Positions 38,752 through 47,527 of a stretch of 64,000 nt of DNA are shown piece by piece (the stretch's first letter is position 1; every line of letters begins with the position of its first letter). A program made the position numbers and the translations under genes. The stretch is from the NCBI GenBank assembly GCA_963774265.1, contig CAVZDU010000007.1:320001-384000 (forward strand). Direction: 5' to 3'. Below the pieces are notes generated by a model, which was given only the letters and a program-made list of their open reading frames with translations, was not told where the DNA came from and ran no database searches. This DNA comes from an uncultured Chloroflexia bacterium (GTDB lineage Bacteria; Chloroflexota; Anaerolineae; CG2-30-64-16).

Positions 38752-38921
38752 GATTTCTCCTTCGAGTGAATTGAAAAACAAAGGAAACGAAATTGAACAG
38801 GAAAAGGTGGAGTGGTGAGTGTCGCCAAGTGGGGCGCAAAAACGCGCAGCAGAGGTGTTCTGCTGAGCGCGTCTTCGTGTAAGGAGTGCGGCTTCTTCGT
38901 CATGGTATATTGGCGAATTGA

Positions 38922-38946
38922 TTAGTTTGTGTAGTGGATGAACGAT
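38922..38946. promoter_or_regulatory. Probable ROK/XylR-type operator
   Basis: TTAGTTTGT-N7-ATGAACGAT, similar to the XylR TTAGTTTGT-N7-ACAAACTAA layout; overlaps the -10 box and likely start site. Confidence 0.6.
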
Positions 38947-38970
38947 ATAATAAATCAGGGCCGTTGTCAA
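38942..38970 (-). promoter_or_regulatory. Sigma70 promoter of the sugar cluster
   Basis: TTGACA (38970-38965), 17-nt spacer, TATCGT (38947-38942), in an AT-rich patch. Confidence 0.75.
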
Positions 38971-39043
38971 GCAGGTAAACCTTAAAGATGTATGAATGAC
39001 GCAAATTGCTCTGCAAAACAGAAACTATGAGGGGGAGAAATGG

Positions 39044-39076
39044 ACGAGGCCCCTCAGATTATCTGAAGGACCTCGT
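39044..39076 (-). terminator. Hairpin, possible terminator
   Basis: ACGAGG-CCCC-TCAGAT-T-ATCTGA-AGGA-CCTCGT just past the 39100 stop. Confidence 0.4.
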
Positions 39077-39099
39077 AGTGCGTCAGGAGTTCAAGCCAG

Positions 39100-39402
39100 C
39101 TATTCTATGAAGTACAGCTCGGCCTGATTGCTCAGCACGATCCCGACCTGTTCGCTTCCCAGGGCCTGCCATTCGGGGTCTGCCAGCGCCTTCTCCAGGG
39201 TGGTCAGATAGGCCCCCAGGCTGCTCCAGTCACGTTCGATCACGCGCGTATTGGTATCCATTGAGCCGATGTAGGCGCGATACCGCCGCGACGGCGGGTA
39301 GCCCAACCGAGCCTCGATGACCTCGTAACGCTTCTCCATTGCGAGCTTCTTCGCCCAGCTGCTGCGATCCACCTTCTGGATCAACCGTTCCATGATTCTC
39401 AT
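39100..39402 (-). CDS. Small hypothetical protein, possibly NIPSNAP-like
   Basis: 100 aa, GGAGG RBS, ERDWSSLGAY..ADPEWQAL pattern. Confidence 0.65.
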   Translation of the reverse strand: MRIMERLIQKVDRSSWAKKLAMEKRYEVIEARLGYPPSRRYRAYIGSMDTNTRVIERDWSSLGAYLTTLEKALADPEWQALGSEQVGIVLSNQAELYFIE

Positions 39403-39432
39403 GAGCCATCCTCCTTCCAGAGATGTGATAGC

Positions 39433-40077
39433 CTACTTGGACTTGGCGGGCAGAAGGGCCAGCGCCTTGAGGATCAGATCGACCGCGGCCTCCGGCGTGA
39501 GCTTGGCCGTGTTGATGACCAGGTCGAAGAGCTGGGGATCGTGAGAGTCGAGGTCAAAGTAGCGCCTGATCCAGTCGACATCACTCAGATCACGCTCTTT
39601 TATCTTTTGCTGCGCCTCTTCTCGCGAACAATGTTCGCGCTCCATCAGGCGCTGGATTCGTACTTCCAGGGGCGCCATAATGCGCACGTGCAGCACGTCG
39701 GGCTTGTCCTGCAGTGCGGCCATCCCGCCGCGGCCCACGATCACCACGTTGCCTTTTTTGTAGCCGGCGTTGATGATATCCATGAGGCTCGCTATCGAGA
39801 GGTCCTGGAGGGCGTCGGCTCGAGCCGAAAAAGTCCAACTCGAAGGGTCACCGCCGGTGATCCTCTGGGTGCTGCCGAACCACTTCTCCAACACGTTCTT
39901 CGGTGGGGGTTGGTAGTCCGCAATGGCCTTGGCGACATTGGCCGCAAGACCCATCTCTTGGCCGACCTGTGCCATCATCTTCTTGTCAAAGCGCGGATAG
40001 CCCAGCTTCTCGCAAAGCAAGTTCGCCACATCGTCGCCCAGGCTTTCCAGTTGCCGAGAGATCGTGATTACAGCCAT
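39433..40077 (-). CDS. Cytidylate kinase-like family protein
   Basis: VITISRQLESLG, VVIVGRGG, LHVRIMAP, FDLVINT. Confidence 0.85.
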   Translation of the reverse strand: MAVITISRQLESLGDDVANLLCEKLGYPRFDKKMMAQVGQEMGLAANVAKAIADYQPPPKNVLEKWFGSTQRITGGDPSSWTFSARADALQDLSIASLMDIINAGYKKGNVVIVGRGGMAALQDKPDVLHVRIMAPLEVRIQRLMEREHCSREEAQQKIKERDLSDVDWIRRYFDLDSHDPQLFDLVINTAKLTPEAAVDLILKALALLPAKSK

Positions 40078-40218
40078 GATAAGTCTCCTTTTTGAAGATG
40101 TGTTCGCTGTTGAGCCTGACTCTTCAGGTCCTGTCAGAAGTATACGGCAGGCCGCGCTTCATAGGCGCTTCAGGAAGCCTATAGGCCACACCGATAAAAC
40201 ACCTGCATAGCGTAAAGG

Positions 40219-41118
40219 CTACTTCTTCCACGGGGGCGTGTCCGACAACAACTCGTCGAACTCGGCGATCAGCGCAGCCTCGTATGCGCCGGCATACGTG
40301 CCGCTGAGGAACTTCTCAGACGCCTCCTCGTGGAAGCGCTGCCAGGACTGCTCTTCGGCGCCCGGCATGATGGGATAAAACAGTGCACCCACCGCCTTCG
40401 CCGCGTCGTGGTCGCCGGGCGCATCGCCGAGCACGATGATGCGATCGTCCGGGTATTTCCCCTTGGCCGCCCACTCGAGGTGCTGCCGCTTCGCACCCAT
40501 GTCTTGGCCGGCAATCACGGCCATGTATTGGGCGATGCCGTGCTCGTCCCACTCGCGTCGCAACGTTTCAGAGGCTGTCACCGAAACCACGATCATATCG
40601 GCCTTGCCCTGGAGCTTTTGCAGGCTCTCGCGCACCAGGGGGAAGGGCGGCACGCCGTGTACCGTCTCCGAAACTAAGGCATCGATGGCCCGCGTCCACT
40701 CCAGTGCGCGCCACAGCTCCTCCTCTCCATGCCCGGCAGCGATGTAGGACTTCAGCCCCGGTTCGCTCAGCGAAAAGCCCGAGGCAAGGAACTCCTTGAG
40801 CGCTTCGCCCTCCGACACCTTGATCCCGCGCGCCTGCACTTCAGGGCGTTCGGCGAGCAGCTCGAACACCTTCACCAGGTTGGGCCAGCGGTTCGCGCCG
40901 CGCCATTTGGAGTAGAGGTTTACCCACTCGGCCGTCTCGCGTGCATATTTGGAAATCGGCTGCAGGCCCCAGGCCCGGATCGTGACGGGGGTGAAGCACT
41001 CTTTTTGCTTCAGCTCCATCACGTCGAACGCGCAGCCGTCCGAGTCGATTCCCACGAAGAAAGATTGCCGGGGCTTGAAATCGATCAGCACTTGAGCTGC
41101 CGGCGGGATCTTAGTCAT
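40219..41118 (-). CDS. HAD-superfamily hydrolase (copy 2)
   Basis: GIDSDG, LGDAPGD; tandem near-duplicate of 41148..42047. Confidence 0.85.
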   Translation of the reverse strand: MTKIPPAAQVLIDFKPRQSFFVGIDSDGCAFDVMELKQKECFTPVTIRAWGLQPISKYARETAEWVNLYSKWRGANRWPNLVKVFELLAERPEVQARGIKVSEGEALKEFLASGFSLSEPGLKSYIAAGHGEEELWRALEWTRAIDALVSETVHGVPPFPLVRESLQKLQGKADMIVVSVTASETLRREWDEHGIAQYMAVIAGQDMGAKRQHLEWAAKGKYPDDRIIVLGDAPGDHDAAKAVGALFYPIMPGAEEQSWQRFHEEASEKFLSGTYAGAYEAALIAEFDELLSDTPPWKK

Positions 41119-41147
41119 GTGGTGTCTCCTTTGACTTCAGACAAATG

Positions 41148-42047
41148 CTACTTCTTCCACGGGGGCGTGTCCGACAACAGCTCGTCGAACTCGGCGATCA
41201 GGGCAGCCTCGTATGCGCCGGCATACGTGCCGTTGAGGAACTTCTCAGATGCCTCATCGTGAAATCGCTGCCAGGACATCTCCTCGGCGCCCGGGTTGAT
41301 GGGGTAATACAACGCGTTCACCGCTTTTGCCGCGTCGCGGTCGCCCGGCGCGTCGCCGATCATCAAGATACGATCATCCGGGTATTTCCCCTTGGCAGCG
41401 TACTCGAGGTGCTGCCGCTTCGTGCCCATATCCTGGCCGGCCATCACGGCCATGTATTGGGCAAAACCGTGCTCGCCCCACTCGCGTTTCAGCGCATCAG
41501 AGGCTGTTGTTGAGATCACCATCAGATCGGCCTTGCCCTGCAGCTTTTGCAGGCTCTCGCGCACCAGGGGGAAGGGCGGCACCCCGCGCACCGTCGCCGC
41601 AACCAAGGCATCGATGGCCCGCGTCCACTCTAGCCCGCGCCACAATTCCTCATCCCCATGCCCGGCAGCGATGTAGGACTTCAGCCCCGCTTCGCTCGGC
41701 GAAAAGCCCGAGGCGATGAACTCCTTGAGCGCTTCGCCCTCAGGCACCTTCACCCCGCGCGCCTGCACTTCAGGGCGTTCGGCAAGCAGCTCGAACACCT
41801 TCACCAGTGCGGGCCAGCGGTTCGCGCCGCGCCATTTGGAGTAGAGGTTAACCCACTCGGCTGTCTCGCGCGCGTATTTGGAGATGGACTGTAGACCCCA
41901 GACCCTGATGGTGCTGGGAGTGAAGCACTCTTTTTGCTTCAACTCCATCGCGTCGAACGCGCAACCATCCGAGTCAATCCCCACGAAGAAGGATTGCTGT
42001 GGCTTGAAATCAATCAGCACTTGAGCCGACGGAGGAATTTTGGCCAT
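41148..42047 (-). CDS. HAD-superfamily hydrolase (copy 3)
   Basis: GIDSDG, IGDAPGD; same length (299 aa) and identical C-terminus to copy 2. Confidence 0.85.
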   Translation of the reverse strand: MAKIPPSAQVLIDFKPQQSFFVGIDSDGCAFDAMELKQKECFTPSTIRVWGLQSISKYARETAEWVNLYSKWRGANRWPALVKVFELLAERPEVQARGVKVPEGEALKEFIASGFSPSEAGLKSYIAAGHGDEELWRGLEWTRAIDALVAATVRGVPPFPLVRESLQKLQGKADLMVISTTASDALKREWGEHGFAQYMAVMAGQDMGTKRQHLEYAAKGKYPDDRILMIGDAPGDRDAAKAVNALYYPINPGAEEMSWQRFHDEASEKFLNGTYAGAYEAALIAEFDELLSDTPPWKK

Positions 42048-42075
42048 CTCGTGTCTCCTTCTGTAGTTACTTGAC

Positions 42076-45000
42076 TCAATAGTTGAAGGAAGTTTCCAAT
42101 TCGGCCAGCACGCGCGCCAGATCCAGGGCCCCCGGGTGGTCCGGGATCAGCTCCGAGACGTCCGGCAGCGGCGGTGGGTCAAGCAGGGTTTCGCCGGTCA
42201 GCTGCCGATACCTCTCCCGGCACTCTTCCGCGCCCGTCTCGGCGTGCTCCGAGCGATAGAATGCCGTCGTGGCGCTCCGTGAAGCATCATCTCCCGGCGC
42301 CAGCCGCCACAGTTCATAGTTCAGCTCAGCCTGCCGGTGTGGCGCGGTCTCATGGCGCAGCAGGTCCCGGAGCTCTGCGGCCGCCTCCGCCACCGAACTT
42401 TCGCCCAATGCACAGCGCAGTCGCACGCCCAGTAACCGCGCATCGAAGCGCGTGTCCTCGCCGGCCAGACGCTCACCCGCCACGCTGGAGATCTTGGCCA
42501 TCGCTTCGCCGTAGAAGTCGCGCGCCTCGGCGGCGCGGCCTCGCGTCAGCAACAGCCGCGCCAGGCTCACGAGCATCCCGGAGAGGTAGCTGGGAATTAC
42601 CAGGCGCTGTCCGAAGCCGATCGCCTTTCGATACAGCGATTCGGCCAGATCGACCCTCCCCAGGCGCTCGTTGACCGCAGCGAGTCCAGCGACGTTGAGG
42701 CAGGCGGTCCAGCGGTCGCCGATTTCCCAGGCGTTGCGCAGGCTGCGCTCGTATCCGGAGATGGCGCGCAGGTAGTCGCCGCGTTTCGCCAGGACCAGGG
42801 CGATGTTGGAGGCTGACCACGACAGAATCCGCCTGTCATCGATCTGCTTGGCAAGCACGCCTGCGTGCAGGTACCAGTACACGGCCTCGCCGAACCAGTG
42901 CTGCGAAGACCGGACATTCCCGAGGGTGATCGAGGCGCGCGTGATGATCTGCTGGTGCTCCAGCGGCCCGGCGATCCTGATGGCTTGCAGGCAACAGTCC
43001 GCGGACCGCTCCCAATCACCTTGGCTCCAATAAATCATGCCTGTGGTCTCCAGCGCCTCACAGATGCCGCGTTGGTCGCCGATCTCAGTGGCGATCTGTC
43101 GCTGTCGCTCCAACACGGCAAGTGCCTGTGGGTGGTCGCCTTTGAACCAGTAAATCTGGCCCATGGTCCAGAGCGCGCTGACCACGCCGCGCCACTCGCC
43201 TGTCGCCTTGAACCCTTGCTCAGCCCGGGCCAACCATTCCAACGCCTCATCATAGTACCCCAGAAGGTGCAGCACATCGGCCAAAGCGCGCTGGGCCTGC
43301 GCCAGTAAACGGGCGTCGTCCAAAACCTCGGCCTGGGCCATGACCTCCCGATTGAGGGTCTGCGCCCGGGCCCATCGCCCGGTCACCCGCCAGACCTCGG
43401 CTAGCGCTAGCCTCACCTCGCACGTGTCTGCGGCGGACAAGCCGGACCTGAGCTCGCCTTCCAGCAGGTGATGATATAGACGTACGGCCTCGTCGTTGGC
43501 ATAGATGCGTTGGGCGGCAGTCGCTGCCCGGCGATAGAACTTGATGGCCGGTTGCGTCTGACCAGCCTGCTCATAGTGGGCCGCGATCTGGCCGCTGAGC
43601 GCATCGAGGTCATTGTCGTGGAGCGACTCAAGAGCCTGAGCCACGCGCAAATGCACGCCGCGCCGGTGGATGGGGCTGATCTCGTCGCAGGCCACGGCGC
43701 GAATCCCGTCGTGGCTGAAGTCATACGAGTCGGCGCCTTGTTCGCGCACGAGCTGGCGTTGCCACAGTTCATCCAGGCCTTGGGCCACTGCTGTCGCGTC
43801 CTGGTCGCTGGCTTGGACCAACACGTCGAAGCTGAACCTGCGGCCGATCACCGCTGCTGTTTGCGCCAGCGTTTGTGCAACCGGCGAAAGCAGCGCCAGC
43901 CGCCACTGGATCATCGCGCGTACCTTGGGCGGCAGCCCCGAGGCGGGTCCCCCTGGCTCCGCGTCCCGCGCGAGTCCTGCCCGCGTCTCCCCACCCTGCG
44001 CGAGGCCTCCCAGCGTCTCCGCTTCTCCCTGTTGTCCCGCCTCTCTATCTCCCATGCCCGCGCGCACCATCTCGACCACGAACAGCGGATTGCCCTCGCT
44101 GTCGTGAAAAATCCGCTCTGCCTCCCCAGCCTCCACATTTCTCCCCGCGACACTGGCGGCCAGGCGAGCGGTATCCGTCGCGTCGAGCGGCACGAGGGGA
44201 ATCTCAGCCGACAGGCCGGCGCGCGTCAACGCCAATCGGGGCGCCGTCAGTGGGTGATCTGGACTCACTTCGTGCCCTCGCACCGTGGCCAGGATCAGCA
44301 AGGGCGCGTCATGGCTGTAGTGCAGGATGTAGCTGAGCCAATCCAGCGTCTCACGGTCGGCCCACTGCAAGTCATCGAGGAACAGCAGCCGCGGCGCACC
44401 TCTGCCTGGAGCAGGGCCGAGCATCGCGCGCGCCAATGCCTCGAACAAGCGCGTGCGCTGCCAGGGTTCGGTCAGCGGCCCGGGGGGTCTGAGGTGTGGA
44501 TGGTCGGTCAGCAGCGTAGGAAGGATGCGGGCGACTTCGACCAGCCAGACGTCATCCAGTCCGGCCAGGCTGGGCCGAAAGGACGGATCGCTCAACCACT
44601 CGGCGACCGGTGCATACGCCAGCCCGCCGATGCCAGCCTGGGGGTAGCAGTGCGCCGCGGCTGTTGTGGCGCCCTGCCGCGCCACCCAGGAATGCAATTC
44701 CTCGGCCAGGCGCGTCTTGCCGATGCCGGCTTCGCCCGTCAGCAGAAGCATCTGCGGACGGCCTGCAGCAGAGGCATGCCAGGCGTCAAGCAGGCGCGCC
44801 CACTCGGCCTTCCGTCCGACCAGCGGAAGATCCGCGGGCTGCGCTTGGGGCGATCGACCGGGGATTGCAAGACCAGGTCGGTCTTCCATGCTGATCAATC
44901 GCTCGTAAATGTTTCGTGTCGCGCGGCCGGGCGCGGCGTCGAACTCCCGTTTCAGCATCGTCTCGCAGGCGTTATAGACGCGCCGGGCATCCGCCCGCTC

Positions 45001-45633
45001 ACCCAGGGCCAGGTGGAGGCGCATCAGGTGGCGATAGGCGGGCTCGTGGAGCGGATCGTGTTGCAGCAGGCGCTTCGCGTATGGGATAGCTCGGCCGTAA
45101 TCGCGCTCTTCCTCAAGCAGCAGAACCAGTCGCTCGAGGGCATCGCCGCAGGTTTGATGCACACGCTCGCGTAGGGGAAGGGTCCAATCGTCGTAGCAAT
45201 CGGGAAGCAAATCACCCGTGTAAGCGGCGACCGCGGCCGCGAATGCGCTCACAGCCGCAGCGCGCTCACCACTTGCTTCCGCCTCGGCCGCCTGGTGCAT
45301 GGCTGCTTCGAACTCCGCCACATCCAGTGTCAAGGGCGCGTCCCGGCGCCACTGGATGGTCTGGGCTGTGATCTCGATTGAGTGGTCCGAATCCGGCAGC
45401 GCATGGCGGAGCCGGGTGAGCAGCGTGCGGAAGTTCTTGAGGGCCTGCTGGTCCGGAGAGTCCGGCCAGAAAACGAAGGCAAGTTGCTGCCGGGAGATCG
45501 GAGCAGCTCGATGTAGCACGAGATAAGCCAGCAACTGCTGGAGGCGCGCCTGGTCGAAGCCGGCGACGGGCTGGCCGCCCTGGCGCAGGTGAAATGGACC
45601 GAGCAGTTGGAGGTGAAGGCGCGCGTCTGGCAT
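42076..45633 (-). CDS. SARP/BTAD-AAA ATPase-TPR transcriptional regulator
   Basis: LQLLGPF, LLAYL, FWPD, DPLHEPAYRHLM (BTAD), LVGR, GEAGIGKT, LFLDDLQWAD, GNPLF, TPR-like C-terminus. Confidence 0.9.
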   Translation of the reverse strand: MPDARLHLQLLGPFHLRQGGQPVAGFDQARLQQLLAYLVLHRAAPISRQQLAFVFWPDSPDQQALKNFRTLLTRLRHALPDSDHSIEITAQTIQWRRDAPLTLDVAEFEAAMHQAAEAEASGERAAAVSAFAAAVAAYTGDLLPDCYDDWTLPLRERVHQTCGDALERLVLLLEEERDYGRAIPYAKRLLQHDPLHEPAYRHLMRLHLALGERADARRVYNACETMLKREFDAAPGRATRNIYERLISMEDRPGLAIPGRSPQAQPADLPLVGRKAEWARLLDAWHASAAGRPQMLLLTGEAGIGKTRLAEELHSWVARQGATTAAAHCYPQAGIGGLAYAPVAEWLSDPSFRPSLAGLDDVWLVEVARILPTLLTDHPHLRPPGPLTEPWQRTRLFEALARAMLGPAPGRGAPRLLFLDDLQWADRETLDWLSYILHYSHDAPLLILATVRGHEVSPDHPLTAPRLALTRAGLSAEIPLVPLDATDTARLAASVAGRNVEAGEAERIFHDSEGNPLFVVEMVRAGMGDREAGQQGEAETLGGLAQGGETRAGLARDAEPGGPASGLPPKVRAMIQWRLALLSPVAQTLAQTAAVIGRRFSFDVLVQASDQDATAVAQGLDELWQRQLVREQGADSYDFSHDGIRAVACDEISPIHRRGVHLRVAQALESLHDNDLDALSGQIAAHYEQAGQTQPAIKFYRRAATAAQRIYANDEAVRLYHHLLEGELRSGLSAADTCEVRLALAEVWRVTGRWARAQTLNREVMAQAEVLDDARLLAQAQRALADVLHLLGYYDEALEWLARAEQGFKATGEWRGVVSALWTMGQIYWFKGDHPQALAVLERQRQIATEIGDQRGICEALETTGMIYWSQGDWERSADCCLQAIRIAGPLEHQQIITRASITLGNVRSSQHWFGEAVYWYLHAGVLAKQIDDRRILSWSASNIALVLAKRGDYLRAISGYERSLRNAWEIGDRWTACLNVAGLAAVNERLGRVDLAESLYRKAIGFGQRLVIPSYLSGMLVSLARLLLTRGRAAEARDFYGEAMAKISSVAGERLAGEDTRFDARLLGVRLRCALGESSVAEAAAELRDLLRHETAPHRQAELNYELWRLAPGDDASRSATTAFYRSEHAETGAEECRERYRQLTGETLLDPPPLPDVSELIPDHPGALDLARVLAELETSFNY

Positions 45634-45830
45634 CTGTCTGCATCCGCAGTACGGCTCACCGCGCTGCGTGTTCCGATCTCTCACATTATCCCACGGAGAC
45701 GCCCGACTGACAAAGCGTCTTGTGATGAGGAGGATTTCGCGCTGGGGGCGGAAGCCGGTATACTAAACAAATCGCAGATTGGGAATAAAGTGCTGCGAGA
45801 TTTTTTTGTTCTTTGGGAAGGAAGAAGGCG

Positions 45831-46202
45831 ATGCGAGATGTCGCGTGGGTGCTTTCGATCGTATTGGCGGTTATCTTCCTGGTGGTTGGTTACATCATGG
45901 CCTACCGTTATGAGCAGGCCAAGAAGTCCCTCCCGTGGGTCAACGAGCTGCCGGAGATCATTGTCAAGATTCTTGGCGGCCTGCAGATCCTGAGCGCCAT
46001 CGGGCTCATCGCGCCGATGTTCTTCCCAGAGTACGCCTGGATGACGGCCCTGGTGGCCAGCGCAATGGCCATGCTCATGTCGATGGCGGTGGCCTTTCAT
46101 ATACGGCGGCACGATTCCGATACAGCCTGGCTGAGTGGGCTGCTGGCAGTCATGGCGCTAGTCGTGGCCTATGCCCGCTGGACGACGACCAGGATGCCGT
46201 AG
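45831..46202 (+). CDS. DoxX-like membrane protein
   Basis: Four TM helices, LPWV, ILGGLQILSAIGLIAP, AVAFHIRR. Confidence 0.8.
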   Translation: MRDVAWVLSIVLAVIFLVVGYIMAYRYEQAKKSLPWVNELPEIIVKILGGLQILSAIGLIAPMFFPEYAWMTALVASAMAMLMSMAVAFHIRRHDSDTAWLSGLLAVMALVVAYARWTTTRMP

Positions 46203-46343
46203 TGGATCTGTTGCGTTTTTCACCTGGCATATGTGTTTTAGACCGACCCCCCTTGAGTGCGGCCCGGGCCCGCGCCTCCGCGACGTGGGCGACCTTCCTG
46301 ATGCGCGGCCAGCCGTCCGACGGGCTGATCCAGGTGCAGGCGG

Positions 46344-46718
46344 TCAAGTTCGTCCTTTGCTACGCGTGCCTAACGGCGAGCCGACACCGACACTTGGGCG
46401 CGGCACGCAATGCGCTGTGATCCAATCCTCCAGCCGTGTGAGTGCCAATGGGTAGCGGCGCAGCAGGGGCGCGGCGTCGAAGGTTGTGTCGTGGGTGTCT
46501 TCATACAAGGCCAAGGCCATCACCTGGCTCAGGCCGGGGTGCAGCGGTCGGAGGAGCGGTGACATGACCCGCAGCAACCCGCGGGGGACGTGAGACACCT
46601 TCGCCGGTCGGCCGGCGACCCGCTCGAACAGCGCCACCACCTCGTTGTTGGTCAGCTTGTTCTCCGGCGGTCCGCCAATCTCAATCGTCTGGCCAACGGC
46701 CTGTGGGTCATCCCAGAC
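46344..46718 (-). pseudogene. C-terminal fragment of an NmrA/atypical SDR oxidoreductase
   Basis: DDPQAVGQTIEIGGP..LTNNEVV..GRPAKVSHVP..LTRLEDW, with no Rossmann N-terminus. Confidence 0.65.
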
Positions 46719-46720
46719 TA

Positions 46721-46783
46721 TCACAGCGCCAGGATGACCAGGGCAAACGCGCCCACCAGCTTGATGAAAAAGCTACGCGGCAC
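46721..46783 (-). pseudogene. N-terminal stub of a sensor histidine kinase
   Basis: GTG start overlapping the regulator stop; MPRSFFIKLVGAFALVILAL then TGA. Confidence 0.5.
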
Positions 46784-46969
46784 CGACTTCCCCCGCCAGC
46801 TTGTAGCCCACCCCGTAGATCGTGAGGATTAGCGCGGGTTCTTCGAATCGGGCTCGATCTTGGCCCTGATGTTGCGGATGTGCACGTCTAGGGTCCGGTC
46901 GAAGCCTTCCAGGGGGCTATCCTGGATCTGCTGGAGCAGTTGCGCCCGCGGAAAGGTGCGCCCCGGGGC
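46773..46969 (-). pseudogene. C-terminal winged-helix fragment of an OmpR/PhoB response regulator
   Basis: PGRTFPRAQLL..EGFDRTLDVHIRNIRAKIEPDSKNPR / ILTIYGVGYKL; no receiver domain. Confidence 0.75.
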
Positions 46970-47129
46970 GATACCGCCACTCTGCAATACTTCTGAGGCG
47001 GCGACTTCGCCATAGCGCCAGATTGTTAAGAAGTTGTTTGGATCTGCCCAAGAGGCCGTGAAAGTAAGGGTTGCCTTCGGGGCTGGTGCCAGGCGATTCA
47101 GATTCCCAGCGCCCGCTGCCTTGCCCCGC

Positions 47130-47507
47130 TCATTCGACGATCAGCTTGCCGCGCAGCATCCCCATCTGGCATTGGAAGCCATACTCGCCCGGCTTGTCCG
47201 GTGTGAACTCCACCGCGACCTCCTCGCCTTCGGGCAGCTTAGCGCTCTGGTTGAAGTCCGGGAAGAGCACCGTCTCGGAGCAGCTTGCGCTTTCTTGGCG
47301 GGTGAAGCGCAGACGCACCGGCTGCCCGGCCTTGACCACGATGACATCGGGCGTGTAGCCGCCCTTGACGGTGACCGCGACCTCTTGGACGCCACCCGCG
47401 CCGGCCGCGACGCGGGTCTGGCCTTTCGGCGCGAACCAGAAGAACCAGGCGATGAAGCCGCTGAGGGCAATCCCGGCCAACGTGACGATGATTTGACTTG
47501 CAGTCAT
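47130..47507 (-). CDS. Membrane-anchored cupredoxin (CupA-like copper chaperone)
   Basis: TM helix, VKGGYTPD, SCSE, FQCQMGMLRG; downstream of copA. Confidence 0.88.
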   Translation of the reverse strand: MTASQIIVTLAGIALSGFIAWFFWFAPKGQTRVAAGAGGVQEVAVTVKGGYTPDVIVVKAGQPVRLRFTRQESASCSETVLFPDFNQSAKLPEGEEVAVEFTPDKPGEYGFQCQMGMLRGKLIVE

Positions 47508-47527
47508 GATATGTATACTCCTTTGCC

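Noticed and set aside
43510-45174. 554-aa plus-strand ORF
   Set aside because: Antisense shadow of the BTAD regulator.
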